A stretch of DNA of 27,041 nt from Candidatus Firestoneibacteriota bacterium (lineage in GTDB: Bacteria; Oederibacteriota; D2-FULL-39-29; JBDRBU01), in NCBI GenBank assembly GCA_043822305.1, contig JBDRBU010000101.1, positions 1 to 27,041 of the forward strand, given 5' to 3'. Below, in pieces: positions 15,607 to 25,315 of the stretch (its first letter is position 1; each line of letters begins with the position of its first letter). The notes under the pieces are model-generated. The model was not told the origin of the DNA and did no database searches. It was given only the letters and a program-made list of their open reading frames with translations. Both the position numbers and the translations under genes were made by a program.

Positions 15607-16456
15607 GAAATGGCATTGTTGTAATAACATAAATATTTCCAAGGAGGTTAAGAAACCCAATGATAAACGTAAACAACTTTTTATTGCCTTATCAATTTAT
15701 CTCATTTATGTTGGGATAATTTTGTTAGCCAACATGCTAATGAGAATGAGTATCTTAACCCACAACAAAAATCTTGAGGAAGTTTCAGGGATACTTTTTG
15801 GCTTTATTGGTATCCCAATCTTCAGCATTATCTTGCCACTCTGGTTAGCAAAAAAATGGCAACTTCCTTACTCGTTTTGGCCTAAAAGTAAAAGATGGGT
15901 TCTTGTTGCTATTATTCTTTTAATCTATATTTTTCTTTCTTTTTTTGAACCAATAAAAATGGTTTTGAATAGCGGAATTTCAATAAGAGATTTTGCTGTT
16001 CATTATATTAGCAGTATGTTTTTTCATGTAGCATACTATCCGTTATTTGCGGTTTTTATGTTTCCAATTTTTAGAAAGAATTTCGGATTAATTAAAGGTT
16101 TGGTACTAACTTCTCTTGCTTTTGCACTTTATCATTTAGCCCAGTTTCATTTTTTTCCTGCTGGAACAACTATTAGCATGCAAATATTTCTTTTTGTGTT
16201 ATTTATTACTTTATTATTGCTTTATTTATGGAGCGAATCGATCATATTGATGGCGCTCACGCACAGCATATGTGGAGCAGTAGGTCTTATTGCTGGCGGG
16301 AAATTATTTAATGATATTGATATTATCTTTTATTTAGCAATTATCTATATGGTTGTGCTTTTTGGATACATGATTCAACAGGAGTTAAAATATAGAAAAA
16401 GAGTTGAAGAATTTGACGCAGATTGGTGGTTGCAAATTTCCATTAAAGACAAGTAA
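15605..16456 (+). CDS. CPBP/Abi (CAAX protease-like) membrane protein, divergent; start uncertain
   Basis: Multiple TM helices; FRKNFG...SLAFALYH...SIILMALTH pattern of the CPBP family, but no EExxxR motif. Confidence 0.65.
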   Translation: MKWHCCNNINISKEVKKPNDKRKQLFIALSIYLIYVGIILLANMLMRMSILTHNKNLEEVSGILFGFIGIPIFSIILPLWLAKKWQLPYSFWPKSKRWVLVAIILLIYIFLSFFEPIKMVLNSGISIRDFAVHYISSMFFHVAYYPLFAVFMFPIFRKNFGLIKGLVLTSLAFALYHLAQFHFFPAGTTISMQIFLFVLFITLLLLYLWSESIILMALTHSICGAVGLIAGGKLFNDIDIIFYLAIIYMVVLFGYMIQQELKYRKRVEEFDADWWLQISIKDK

Positions 16457-16503
16457 AGGTAAATTAAAACAAATAAAGATCGAATAAATAATGATGCTAC
16501 TTT

Positions 16504-16583
16504 ACATAATAGCGGATAAAATGGAAATCAAAGATTTCCACAAATTGTCTTTGGCAACTTCTTTTATCCGCGTCCCATTAGAC
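16504..16583 (+). mobile_element. Degenerate attC site 6 (copy of attC2)
   Basis: 80 bp like attC2, with a 55/59 identical core; R boxes read ACATAAT and ATTAGAC rather than ...AAC and GTT.... Confidence 0.75.
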
Positions 16584-16615
16584 GAAATAAGACTTTATGT
16601 GTTAAAGGATAAACA

Positions 16616-17344
16616 ATGAAGATTTTGAAAAACTTATTTAAATGGCAGCCAAATAAAGAGACTTTTATTGCCTTTTCTCTTGCAGTGGTTATCATTGTTT
16701 TATCAATGATAATGCCATTTTTTGAAGAATCAATTACGATAATTATATTGATTAGAGATGTTTTAATGATTATCGGAGGTATTTTCTTTCCTCTTTGGTA
16801 TATTCAAAGCAAAAAATATCAATTTAAAGACTTCGGATTATCAACAAGAAAATGGTATATTTACCTACCAATAAATATTATCCTCGGTGTATTGTTACTT
16901 TTTATCTTTCTTAAGGATTATCCTGATGCAAAGATAATTTTTGATTCAAATGTAATTGCAAAAATTGGCTATATTATGATTGCTGGAGTATTTGAGACAA
17001 TAGTATTTTATGCATTTCTACGAAAAATCTTTGAGGATGCTTTTGGAATAATTCCGGCAATCTTGTTATCCTCAATAGCATATTCATTTCATCATGCTGG
17101 ATTTCAACCTGAATTCCTGAAGCTAATCTTTGTGGGAGTTCTTTATGCTACTGTTTTTAGAGCAGTCAATAGTGCATTGTTGATATATCCTTTTTTTTGG
17201 GGAGTAGGCGGTTGTTTTGATGTTTTAATCCAGTCTAAAGTAGTTGATGAAATACTATATTCCGGAATACGAGTAATAATTTTATTTGCTTTGTTGATAA
17301 TAGTTGGATTTTTAACATATAGATTTCATAGGAGGAAAACTTAA
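16616..17344 (+). CDS. CPBP/Abi-family intramembrane protein, divergent
   Basis: FKDFGL, AGVFETIVFYAFL...FG...SSIAYSFHH; polytopic membrane protein; SD AAGGA. Confidence 0.75.
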   Translation: MKILKNLFKWQPNKETFIAFSLAVVIIVLSMIMPFFEESITIIILIRDVLMIIGGIFFPLWYIQSKKYQFKDFGLSTRKWYIYLPINIILGVLLLFIFLKDYPDAKIIFDSNVIAKIGYIMIAGVFETIVFYAFLRKIFEDAFGIIPAILLSSIAYSFHHAGFQPEFLKLIFVGVLYATVFRAVNSALLIYPFFWGVGGCFDVLIQSKVVDEILYSGIRVIILFALLIIVGFLTYRFHRRKT

Positions 17345-17345
17345 A

Positions 17346-17876
17346 ATGAATAAAAGAGATTTCAAATTTATTTTTGCACCAATTGGTGTTGCTTTTGGAA
17401 TTTTTCTATTTATAAGTGTATGTATATTTATTACTAACAAATTTGGAGTTTCAGATTTATATCACATTTTGAGGTTTATTCCTAAGAGGTTAATTTTTAG
17501 TATTGGTATTATAACGGTACTTACTTTTCTACCAATATTTGTTATAGGAATATTTTATCTAAATCGCAGAGGAGCAGTTGGTCAATCTGATAGTTTAGTT
17601 ACAAATGGAATATATAAATATGTAAGAAATCCGATGTATTCAGGTATAAGTTTTACAATCTTTGGAATAGGTTTTCTATTAAATAAAACAGGTGTGGTTC
17701 TGGCTGGTATTCTATGGCTTCTTATGACTTTTATTCAATGCAAAAGAGAAGAAAAAGAGTTAAATGGAAGGTTTGGAGAAGAATATATGAATTATAAAAA
17801 CAGCAGCCATATGTTTATCCCTAACTTTAAGAAATTAATGACAGATATTATTCAGAATTTTAAAGGAGGAAAATAA
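17346..17876 (+). CDS. Isoprenylcysteine carboxyl methyltransferase / PEMT family membrane protein
   Basis: LVTNGIYKYVRNPMYSG...REEKEL..RFGEEY..YK....FIP signature. Confidence 0.9.
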   Translation: MNKRDFKFIFAPIGVAFGIFLFISVCIFITNKFGVSDLYHILRFIPKRLIFSIGIITVLTFLPIFVIGIFYLNRRGAVGQSDSLVTNGIYKYVRNPMYSGISFTIFGIGFLLNKTGVVLAGILWLLMTFIQCKREEKELNGRFGEEYMNYKNSSHMFIPNFKKLMTDIIQNFKGGK

Positions 17877-17877
17877 A

Positions 17878-18387
17878 ACGAATAAGACCGTTTTGATTTG
17901 TATTATCTTAATATTGATAGGTAATATTACCAATCCCCAGGATTCAAATAAATCTAAAGAAATTATAGGTGCAGGTGAAGTAAAAGATATTACAAAAGAT
18001 GCCAAAACAAATGACTTAAAGGGGAAAATAATAGTGCTTATGGATAATTTTCGTAGTGATAAAGGTGAAGCGAAAGTTGCTTTATTTAATTCAAAAGATG
18101 GTTTTCCAGATAATCCTAAAAAAGCATACAAAGCCATAATAAGTAAAATTGAAAATGAAAAATCAGAAGCCATTTTTACTGATATTCCTTTTGGTGTTTA
18201 TGCAGTTGGAGTTTTACACGACGAGAATTCCAATGGGAAGATGGATACAGGATGGTTTGGTATCCCCATAGAAGGATTTGGTGCTTCAAATGATGCAAAA
18301 GGATTTATGGGCCCTCCGGAATTTGATAAAGCAAAAATTAAGTTAATCTCAGATAGTTTAAGTATAAAAATTAAAGTAAATTATTAG
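17878..18387 (+). CDS. DUF2141 family exported protein (start codon reads ACG; TTG 17893 is the alternative)
   Basis: VALFNSKDGFP...GVYAVGVLHDENSNGKMDTGWFGIPIEGFGASN...GPPEF is the DUF2141 signature; N-terminal signal-like segment. Confidence 0.85.
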   Translation, partial: TNKTVLICIILILIGNITNPQDSNKSKEIIGAGEVKDITKDAKTNDLKGKIIVLMDNFRSDKGEAKVALFNSKDGFPDNPKKAYKAIISKIENEKSEAIFTDIPFGVYAVGVLHDENSNGKMDTGWFGIPIEGFGASNDAKGFMGPPEFDKAKIKLISDSLSIKIKVNY

Positions 18388-18425
18388 AGATATACCAAGT
18401 TTACGAAGGCACATTATTAGATCTC

Positions 18426-18454
18426 TTGATAAGTCATCATTGTGATGCTATAAT
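18426..18454 (+). promoter_or_regulatory. sigma70 promoter with palindromic operator (TA autoregulation)
   Basis: TTGATA-N17-TATAAT with CATCA-TTG-TGATG in the spacer. Confidence 0.7.
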
Positions 18455-18478
18455 TATGATTAAGGAGGTGGTTTTTAG

Positions 18479-18712
18479 ATGAGAACAACTGTTGTTTTAG
18501 AACCTGAAATAGAAAAATTAGTTAAGGTACTATCTGATAAGAAGGAATTTAGTCAATTTATAAATCAGTGCATTAGAGAACATTTTAAGAATGAGGAGAA
18601 AAAAAAGATAAAAAATAAGTTAGCTGTAAGTTATAGAATGGCAAACAAAGAAGGGGAGGAGATAGTAAAGGGATTTAAATCCATTGAAGTAGAAGGATGG
18701 CCAAAATGGTGA
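18479..18712 (+). CDS. Putative RHH-type antitoxin for the MazF toxin
   Basis: Strong SD; MRTTVVL beta-strand then helices (SQFINQCIREH); acidic tail ending VEGWPKW; overlaps the toxin start. Confidence 0.75.
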   Translation: MRTTVVLEPEIEKLVKVLSDKKEFSQFINQCIREHFKNEEKKKIKNKLAVSYRMANKEGEEIVKGFKSIEVEGWPKW

Positions 18713-19056
18713 GTTTACCATTACGAGGTGAAATCTATTGGGTGAATCTTGAACCTACTTTAGGAAGTGAGATTAAAAAAACTCGCCCTTGTTTAGTTGT
18801 CTCCTGTGATGAAGCGAACAAAAATTATGGACAGGTGACCGTCCTGCCTTTAACATCGCAACACTTATCAATGATTACGCCCTTCCATGTATTTTTGTCA
18901 GCGAATGAGACTGGTTTAGATAAAGATTCAAAAGCTTTAGCTGAACAGATTAGAACTGTTTCTAAGTTTAGGTTAATTAAAATGGTTGGAAGAATAAGGG
19001 AAGAATTAATGATTAAGGTATCCTGTGCTATAAAAATCCATTTGGATTTAGAATAG
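18706..19056 (+). CDS. mazF: PemK/MazF family endoribonuclease toxin
   Basis: RGEIYWVNLEPTLGSEIKKTRPCLVVS...VLPLTS...DSKALAEQIRTVSKFRL; ATG 18706 has the SD GAAGGA. Confidence 0.93.
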   Translation: MVSLPLRGEIYWVNLEPTLGSEIKKTRPCLVVSCDEANKNYGQVTVLPLTSQHLSMITPFHVFLSANETGLDKDSKALAEQIRTVSKFRLIKMVGRIREELMIKVSCAIKIHLDLE

Positions 19057-19095
19057 TTTGTTAACTGGTATTTTAAAGTAAAAATATATTTAAAT

Positions 19096-22000
19096 ATGAA
19101 TAATATTTTACAGAATTTCATAAAATATTGTTTGGGTTATATTAATATAACAAGGCAGAAAGCATTTACATTACAGCAGAAATATTCTGTTTCCTTAAAT
19201 AGCTATTTTTTACTTAATGACCTCTTAAAATCAGATATAGACATTGATTCTGCTATTATTGTTAATCTTGATACATTTTATAAATATGATCCGGGAAAAG
19301 TGACAAAAGAAAATCAAAATATTTATGAAGAACAAAAGATAATAGCTAATAAATTGGAAGAAATTAATAATGAATATAAAAACGATCAATTCAGGAAACA
19401 AATCATTTTAAATTTTGGTTTTTTTCAAATAGAAATACCGCGGGATGAAGAAGAAAATCAAGTGGAAATTGAAGATGAAGAAGATAATGCTATATCAAAA
19501 GTGAAAGATAAGAATGAATTCCAACAATCCTTATCTTTTTTTGAAGATAATATCAAAAATAGAAAATATAATAACGATACATCTAAATATGATAAATACC
19601 CGATTTTTTCTATAGTTGTCAATATTAAAAAAATATATGAAAATGGTGTAAATAAGTTTTATATTTATCCTATTGATACAGAAGTAAAAATTAATATCCA
19701 AAGTTTAAACAAGATATTAGGGGAAGAACTATATTATCATTTAATAGAAACATTTGGTGTATATGAGTTAGAGGATAAATTATCGTTGCCTTTAGTAGAA
19801 AGTGATATTTTAAAAGAAGTATGGGGAAAAATTAAAGCTCAACTTAAGCATACTGATGTAAAATTTGATGAGAATACATTCAAATTAGATGAGGTGAAAA
19901 TAGCATTAAATCCAAGAACTAATTACTTTTTAGCAGAGGATCTTCAGAAACTTTCCAAGATGGAAGAAGAGAAATTAGACATGACAGTGTTAAAAAGTTG
20001 GATTAACAATGAAGACTTAAATATAGAAGATAATATTCCGCAAGAAGAAGATATATATTTTCCATTTAAATATGATAGATTTCAATTACGTTCATTATCA
20101 CTTATGAGTAATAGGGCCGCAATTGTTCAAGGTCCACCCGGAACCGGAAAATCAGAAACTATATCTAATATTCTATGTCATTTAGCCGCTAAGGGAAAGC
20201 GAGTTCTTTTTGTTAGTCAGAAAGCACAGGCATTAAAAGTTGTTAAAGATAAACTAAAAACTTTAAATGTTAAATACCTTTTTGGGTATATTCCAAATCC
20301 ATCTTCTGCTCAACTTAATGAGCAAGATGAAATAGATGGAATTGCGCCTCAATTAACTGCTTTAAATTCATATATTGAAAAATTAGGATTTATATATGAC
20401 GAAAGAAAAAGGTTAACTATATATAAAGAATATGAAGAAAAAGATGGAAACAATGATAGTTTAGTTAAAATAATTAAAAAGAAGGAACAATTAAAATATG
20501 GATTTAATGAGCAAATTGAAAAAGAAAGAGAAATATGTGGATTATATATGAAATATAAAAATATTGATATCTACAATATAAATATTCCCAGAATAAAAGA
20601 CTTTAAAAATAACTTATCTTTGAGTAAGTGGAAATGTATTTTAGAATACGAAAATGAAATTGAAAGGTTGAACAAGGAAGCAGAAAAATATGAAAAGGAA
20701 CAAAAAGGAGAAAAATATAGTAAAATTTTTATAAATATTGACTGTGAATATGAATTCTGTGATGCAATTTGCAAAATAAGGGAAGATATCAACAAAACTG
20801 GATACGATAGGCATTCAAAATATTTTAAAAAGTTCAATAATATTTTACGGAATATTAGGATGAGAAAAACATTTTTGAGTTTACCAAGAGAAATTTTAGA
20901 TTTTATAAACAGTGTTCAAAATAGCGATATTTCAAGAAAAGAAAAAGTTGAGCAGATGGATGATATTATTTATTATTTTCAATATAAAAAGTCTAAAAAA
21001 GTATTAAAACAACTAAACAAAGATATGAAAATGGAGTTACATTCATATAGTATAGATAATGATACTATATTGAGAGACATTAAAAATTTACTAAATACTG
21101 ATTCTGACTTTGAAGTTGTAAAAAATAAAATAATTGAATCTCAAACAATAATGGATAGAATAAAAAGTATAAGGAACGAAATAGAAATAAATGTAAATTT
21201 AAATTATTTTTCTAATTCCTTAAAAAAGGTTAAGTTGGAACACTCTCAATGTATTGCTCAATATTTGAAAAACATAATAGATAAAAGAATTATTGATAGA
21301 TGGAAGGCAGGGGTAGAAATACGTCAAGCAATAAATAAGTTAGCGAAGGCATTTAGAAAGTCAAAAAAAGCATACAAAACTTTTGATGAGATTAGAAAAG
21401 ATAGCAAAAAATTCAAAGAAGTTTTGAGTCTTGTACCTATATGGATTATGGAATTAGATGATGCAAGTCGTATAATGCCATTAGAATCCGGCTTGTTTGA
21501 TTATGTTATTTTAGACGAAGCTTCTCAATGTAATATTGCCTATACATTACCATCAATGTATAGATCTAATCATGCAATATTTGTAGGCGATAGTGAACAA
21601 ATGAGAGATAATACTATTATATTTAAATCAAATAAAATGTTTGATGAACTAGCATGTAGATATAAAATATCAGAAGAATTGCAAATTAAATCAACTGGGA
21701 ATGCAGTGCAATCGGTTTTGGATATAGCCACATTAAGAGGTTTTATTTCAATTCCATTAAGATATCATTATAGATCACCAAGAGAATTAATCGGTTTTAG
21801 TAATAAATATTTTTATAGCTCCAAAGGCAAAGAATTAATAGTTTTTAATCATAATTATTTTCTTTATAAAGATACAAGTAAGATTATGATTATACATCAA
21901 GTAGAAGATGTTTCAAAAGAATTTTCTGATAAAGTAAGTGTTGCAGAAGCAGAAGAAATATTGAAATTGTTCAAGAAGTTAAAGAAAGATGTAAATTATG

Positions 22001-22749
22001 AAGATAAGTCGATTGGTATATTAACATTTTTTAATGCCCAAGCAACTTATTTAAGAGAGTTATTTGAAAAAGAAGGTTTTAAGGAGGAAGAGAATAACTA
22101 TAAAATTAGCATTATTGAGGGTATACAAGGTGATGAAAAGGATATTATTATTTATTCATTTGTAATTCGTAATGCTGATCAGAAAAACAAATATCTACCA
22201 TTGACAGGAGAAGGTGGGGATATCAGGGGCGATATAAATAGAGGAAGAGTTAATGTAGCATTTACTAGAGCAAAATTACAGGTGCATTGTTTTATTAGTA
22301 TGGATATAAAGGAAATACCAAATGGAATATGGATTAGAAAATATTTAGAATATGTTAATAAATATGGAAAAGTAAATTGTTTTGAAAATACCCTTAATAA
22401 GTTTGATTCTCATTTTGAAGAGGAATTCTATGGTTTCATTAAAAATCATTTTTTTGATAAGGATAAGTATATGATACAAAATCAAGTTAAAAGTTGTGGG
22501 TTTAGAATAGATTTTGTTATTAATAATTTGAAGAATAGCAAGAAAGTAGCAATAGAATGTGATGGCCCGACTCATTTTAAAAATGAATTAGATGAAGAAC
22601 TTGGGATATATATTGAAAGCGATGAAGAAAGGCAAGGAGTATTGGAAAGTGCTCAATGGAAGTTTTATAGAATAAGATATTCAGATTGGATAAGAGAAGA
22701 TTATAACAGAAATAATATTATTAAAGATGTTGCTACGATATTAGAGTAA
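19096..22749 (+). CDS. SF1 (Upf1/DNA2-like) helicase fused to a C-terminal Vsr/DUF559/MTES_1575-like endonuclease
   Basis: Walker A QGPPGTGKS, DEASQ, VGDSEQ, YHYRS, IEGIQGDEKD, RVNVAFTRAK; long coiled insert; C-terminus FDSHFEEEF...FRIDFVI...AIECDG..H...DEERQ..LE...WKFYRI. Confidence 0.88.
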   Translation: MNNILQNFIKYCLGYINITRQKAFTLQQKYSVSLNSYFLLNDLLKSDIDIDSAIIVNLDTFYKYDPGKVTKENQNIYEEQKIIANKLEEINNEYKNDQFRKQIILNFGFFQIEIPRDEEENQVEIEDEEDNAISKVKDKNEFQQSLSFFEDNIKNRKYNNDTSKYDKYPIFSIVVNIKKIYENGVNKFYIYPIDTEVKINIQSLNKILGEELYYHLIETFGVYELEDKLSLPLVESDILKEVWGKIKAQLKHTDVKFDENTFKLDEVKIALNPRTNYFLAEDLQKLSKMEEEKLDMTVLKSWINNEDLNIEDNIPQEEDIYFPFKYDRFQLRSLSLMSNRAAIVQGPPGTGKSETISNILCHLAAKGKRVLFVSQKAQALKVVKDKLKTLNVKYLFGYIPNPSSAQLNEQDEIDGIAPQLTALNSYIEKLGFIYDERKRLTIYKEYEEKDGNNDSLVKIIKKKEQLKYGFNEQIEKEREICGLYMKYKNIDIYNINIPRIKDFKNNLSLSKWKCILEYENEIERLNKEAEKYEKEQKGEKYSKIFINIDCEYEFCDAICKIREDINKTGYDRHSKYFKKFNNILRNIRMRKTFLSLPREILDFINSVQNSDISRKEKVEQMDDIIYYFQYKKSKKVLKQLNKDMKMELHSYSIDNDTILRDIKNLLNTDSDFEVVKNKIIESQTIMDRIKSIRNEIEINVNLNYFSNSLKKVKLEHSQCIAQYLKNIIDKRIIDRWKAGVEIRQAINKLAKAFRKSKKAYKTFDEIRKDSKKFKEVLSLVPIWIMELDDASRIMPLESGLFDYVILDEASQCNIAYTLPSMYRSNHAIFVGDSEQMRDNTIIFKSNKMFDELACRYKISEELQIKSTGNAVQSVLDIATLRGFISIPLRYHYRSPRELIGFSNKYFYSSKGKELIVFNHNYFLYKDTSKIMIIHQVEDVSKEFSDKVSVAEAEEILKLFKKLKKDVNYEDKSIGILTFFNAQATYLRELFEKEGFKEEENNYKISIIEGIQGDEKDIIIYSFVIRNADQKNKYLPLTGEGGDIRGDINRGRVNVAFTRAKLQVHCFISMDIKEIPNGIWIRKYLEYVNKYGKVNCFENTLNKFDSHFEEEFYGFIKNHFFDKDKYMIQNQVKSCGFRIDFVINNLKNSKKVAIECDGPTHFKNELDEELGIYIESDEERQGVLESAQWKFYRIRYSDWIREDYNRNNIIKDVATILE

Positions 22750-22770
22750 TAATTTTCTAAGTCGAAAAAA

Positions 22771-22799
22771 TTGACTCTAACCCCTTTTTGTGATATAAT
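22771..22799 (+). promoter_or_regulatory. sigma70 promoter, probably giving a leaderless mRNA
   Basis: TTGACT-N17-TATAAT with TG extension; the ATG at 22806 begins 7 nt after the -10 end; no SD. Confidence 0.7.
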
Positions 22800-22805
22800 A
22801 ATAAT

Positions 22806-25310
22806 ATGAAAATAATTATAATGGCAGGAGGATTTGGAACAAGGTTAAGACCAATTACCTGTAATATTCCAAAACCTATTGCTCCTCTTGTAAATAAACC
22901 AATGATGCATCATATCTTGGACCTTTTAAAGAAGCATAATTTGACAGATGTTATTACTGCCCTTTATTATCAACCGGAGATAATTACAGAATATTTCAGG
23001 GATGGTTCTGATTTTGGTGTAAAGATGATATACATAAGAACAGAAACGGAATTAGGAACTGCAGGATGTGTTAAAGCAGCAGGAGAATATTTAAAAGATA
23101 CTTTTTTGATAATAAGCGGTGATGTCCTAACTGATTTTGATTTAACTAAGGCAATAGAGTTTCACAAGAAAAAGAAATCTGTGGCTACTATAGTTTTAAC
23201 TCGTGTAGATAATCCACTTTCATTTGGAGTAGTTATTACTGATAAAGATTGTAGAATTACCCGTTTTTTAGAAAAACCTTCATGGGGAGAAGTATTTAGT
23301 GATACTATAAATACCGGTATTTATATTTTAGAACCAGAAGTTTTAGATCTTATCCCTCCTGAAACTCAATTTGATTTTTCAAAAAATTTGTTCCCTGTTA
23401 TTCTTGAGAAAAAACTTCCTTTATATGGCTATGTAGCCAAAGGTTACTGGAGAGATATTGGAAATTTAATAGAATATAGAACCTCACATTATGATGTGAT
23501 GGATGAAAAGGTAAAAGTAATAATACCCGGTAAAAGGATGAATAAAACAGGCGAAGGTATCTGGATTGACGAAGAAACCCAGATTCATCCTACGGCTATT
23601 TTAGAAAATCCTATTGTTATTGGTAAGAACTGTCAAATAAAGGCAAATGTTAAAATATCAAATTCAAGTATAGGTGATAACTGTGTGATTGAGGAAGATG
23701 CAAAAATCATTGGTAGTGTCTTATGGGATGATGTATATGTTGGAACAGGTGCTATTATTACAGAAAGTGTTTTATGTAAATCCGTTGAGGTTGGTACAAA
23801 GACAAATATTAATTCTAATGTAGTCATAGCCGATAATTGTATGGTAGGTAGAGAGGCGACCATAAAATCAAATGTAAAATTATGGCCACATAAAAATGTT
23901 GAGGATGGTGCAATTCTTTCATCAAGTTTAATCTGGGGTGAGAAATGGAATAGAACCATATTCTCTGACTATGGAGTTGTTGGGCTGGCCAATATAGAAG
24001 TAACTCCGGAATTTGCAGCGAAGTTAGGTGCGGCATATGGAGCAACATTACCAAAAGGTTCTTCTGTCGTCACATCCCGTGATAATCACAGGATTTGCCG
24101 TATGACAAATCGTGCCTTGATGACTGGATTACTTTCTTCTGGAATAAATGTTTTTGATGTTGGAGTAACTCCGATACCTGTGGCAAGATATGTTGTCCAA
24201 CCTTTAAGGAGTTCAGGTGGACTTCATATTAGGAAATCACCATTTGACCCAGAACTTATAGATATAAAGTTTTTTGACGAAAATGGTATTGATTTACCTG
24301 CGTCTAAAGAAAAATCAATAGAAGGTTTATTTTTTAGAGAAGATTTTAGAAGAGCACCGTTTAATGAAGTTGGAGAAATTTCCTTTCCTTCTCATGCTAT
24401 TGATTTTTATAGAGAAGGATTTTTAAAAGTAGTAAATAAGGATGTAATAAAAAACCGGAAATTCAAAATAGTGATTGACTATGCTTTTGGTAGTTCTTCT
24501 ACAATCTTTCCTTCACTACTTGGAAAATTAAATTGTGAAGTTATATCGTTAAACTCGTACCTTGATGAAACCAGATTAACAAAAAGTGAAGAAGAATTTA
24601 ATTATTCGTTAAACCAGCTTTCAAGTATTACTTCTACTTTAAAGGCAGATGTTGGTTTTATGTTTGATGCTGGTTCTGAAAAAATATTTATAGTTGATGA
24701 TAAGGGTAAAATTCTAAATGGTGATGAATCATTATGTTTACTTTCTTATTTAGCTTTTAACCTTAATCCATCGTCTGCTCTAGCCATTCCAATCTCAGCT
24801 TCTTCATCAATAGATATGATGGCGAAAAAGCATGGCGGTAAAGTAATAAGAACTAAAACAAATTGCCGTTCTATGATGGAATCTGCATTTTCTGGTAAAG
24901 TTGTATTTGTTGGAGAAAGAAAAGGAGGATATATTTTTCCTGAATTCCAACCGGCTTTAGATGCCATGATGTCTATTGTAAAGATTCTTGAAGCAACGGC
25001 TAAGGTTGGTGAGAACTTATCAGATATTTTAAAGAAGTTGCCACAATCTAAAATCATAAGAGAACATGTTGCGAGTCAATGGGAATTTAAAGGCACTATC
25101 ATGCGTAATTTAATAGAGTTGGCTAAAGATAAAAACGCGAAAGCGGAACTAATTGATGGAATTAAAATATTTGAAAAAGAAGGATGGATAATAATTATTC
25201 CAGACAGTGAAAGACCTTTATTTCATGTTAATGCAGAAGGAAAGACCATTGAAGCCTCAAGAAAACTTGTGGATAAATATGCTAAGATGATAAAAAAATG
25301 GCAGGAATAA
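22806..25310 (+). CDS. Mannose-1-phosphate guanylyltransferase-like nucleotidyltransferase + hexapeptide repeats + phosphomannomutase-like domain
   Basis: MAGGFGTRLRP...PKP, LGTAG, SGD, FLEKP, INTGIY, GYWRDIG; LbH repeats; C-terminal PGM/PMM fold with degenerate catalytic motifs. Confidence 0.9.
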   Translation: MKIIIMAGGFGTRLRPITCNIPKPIAPLVNKPMMHHILDLLKKHNLTDVITALYYQPEIITEYFRDGSDFGVKMIYIRTETELGTAGCVKAAGEYLKDTFLIISGDVLTDFDLTKAIEFHKKKKSVATIVLTRVDNPLSFGVVITDKDCRITRFLEKPSWGEVFSDTINTGIYILEPEVLDLIPPETQFDFSKNLFPVILEKKLPLYGYVAKGYWRDIGNLIEYRTSHYDVMDEKVKVIIPGKRMNKTGEGIWIDEETQIHPTAILENPIVIGKNCQIKANVKISNSSIGDNCVIEEDAKIIGSVLWDDVYVGTGAIITESVLCKSVEVGTKTNINSNVVIADNCMVGREATIKSNVKLWPHKNVEDGAILSSSLIWGEKWNRTIFSDYGVVGLANIEVTPEFAAKLGAAYGATLPKGSSVVTSRDNHRICRMTNRALMTGLLSSGINVFDVGVTPIPVARYVVQPLRSSGGLHIRKSPFDPELIDIKFFDENGIDLPASKEKSIEGLFFREDFRRAPFNEVGEISFPSHAIDFYREGFLKVVNKDVIKNRKFKIVIDYAFGSSSTIFPSLLGKLNCEVISLNSYLDETRLTKSEEEFNYSLNQLSSITSTLKADVGFMFDAGSEKIFIVDDKGKILNGDESLCLLSYLAFNLNPSSALAIPISASSSIDMMAKKHGGKVIRTKTNCRSMMESAFSGKVVFVGERKGGYIFPEFQPALDAMMSIVKILEATAKVGENLSDILKKLPQSKIIREHVASQWEFKGTIMRNLIELAKDKNAKAELIDGIKIFEKEGWIIIIPDSERPLFHVNAEGKTIEASRKLVDKYAKMIKKWQE

Positions 25311-25315
25311 GCAAT

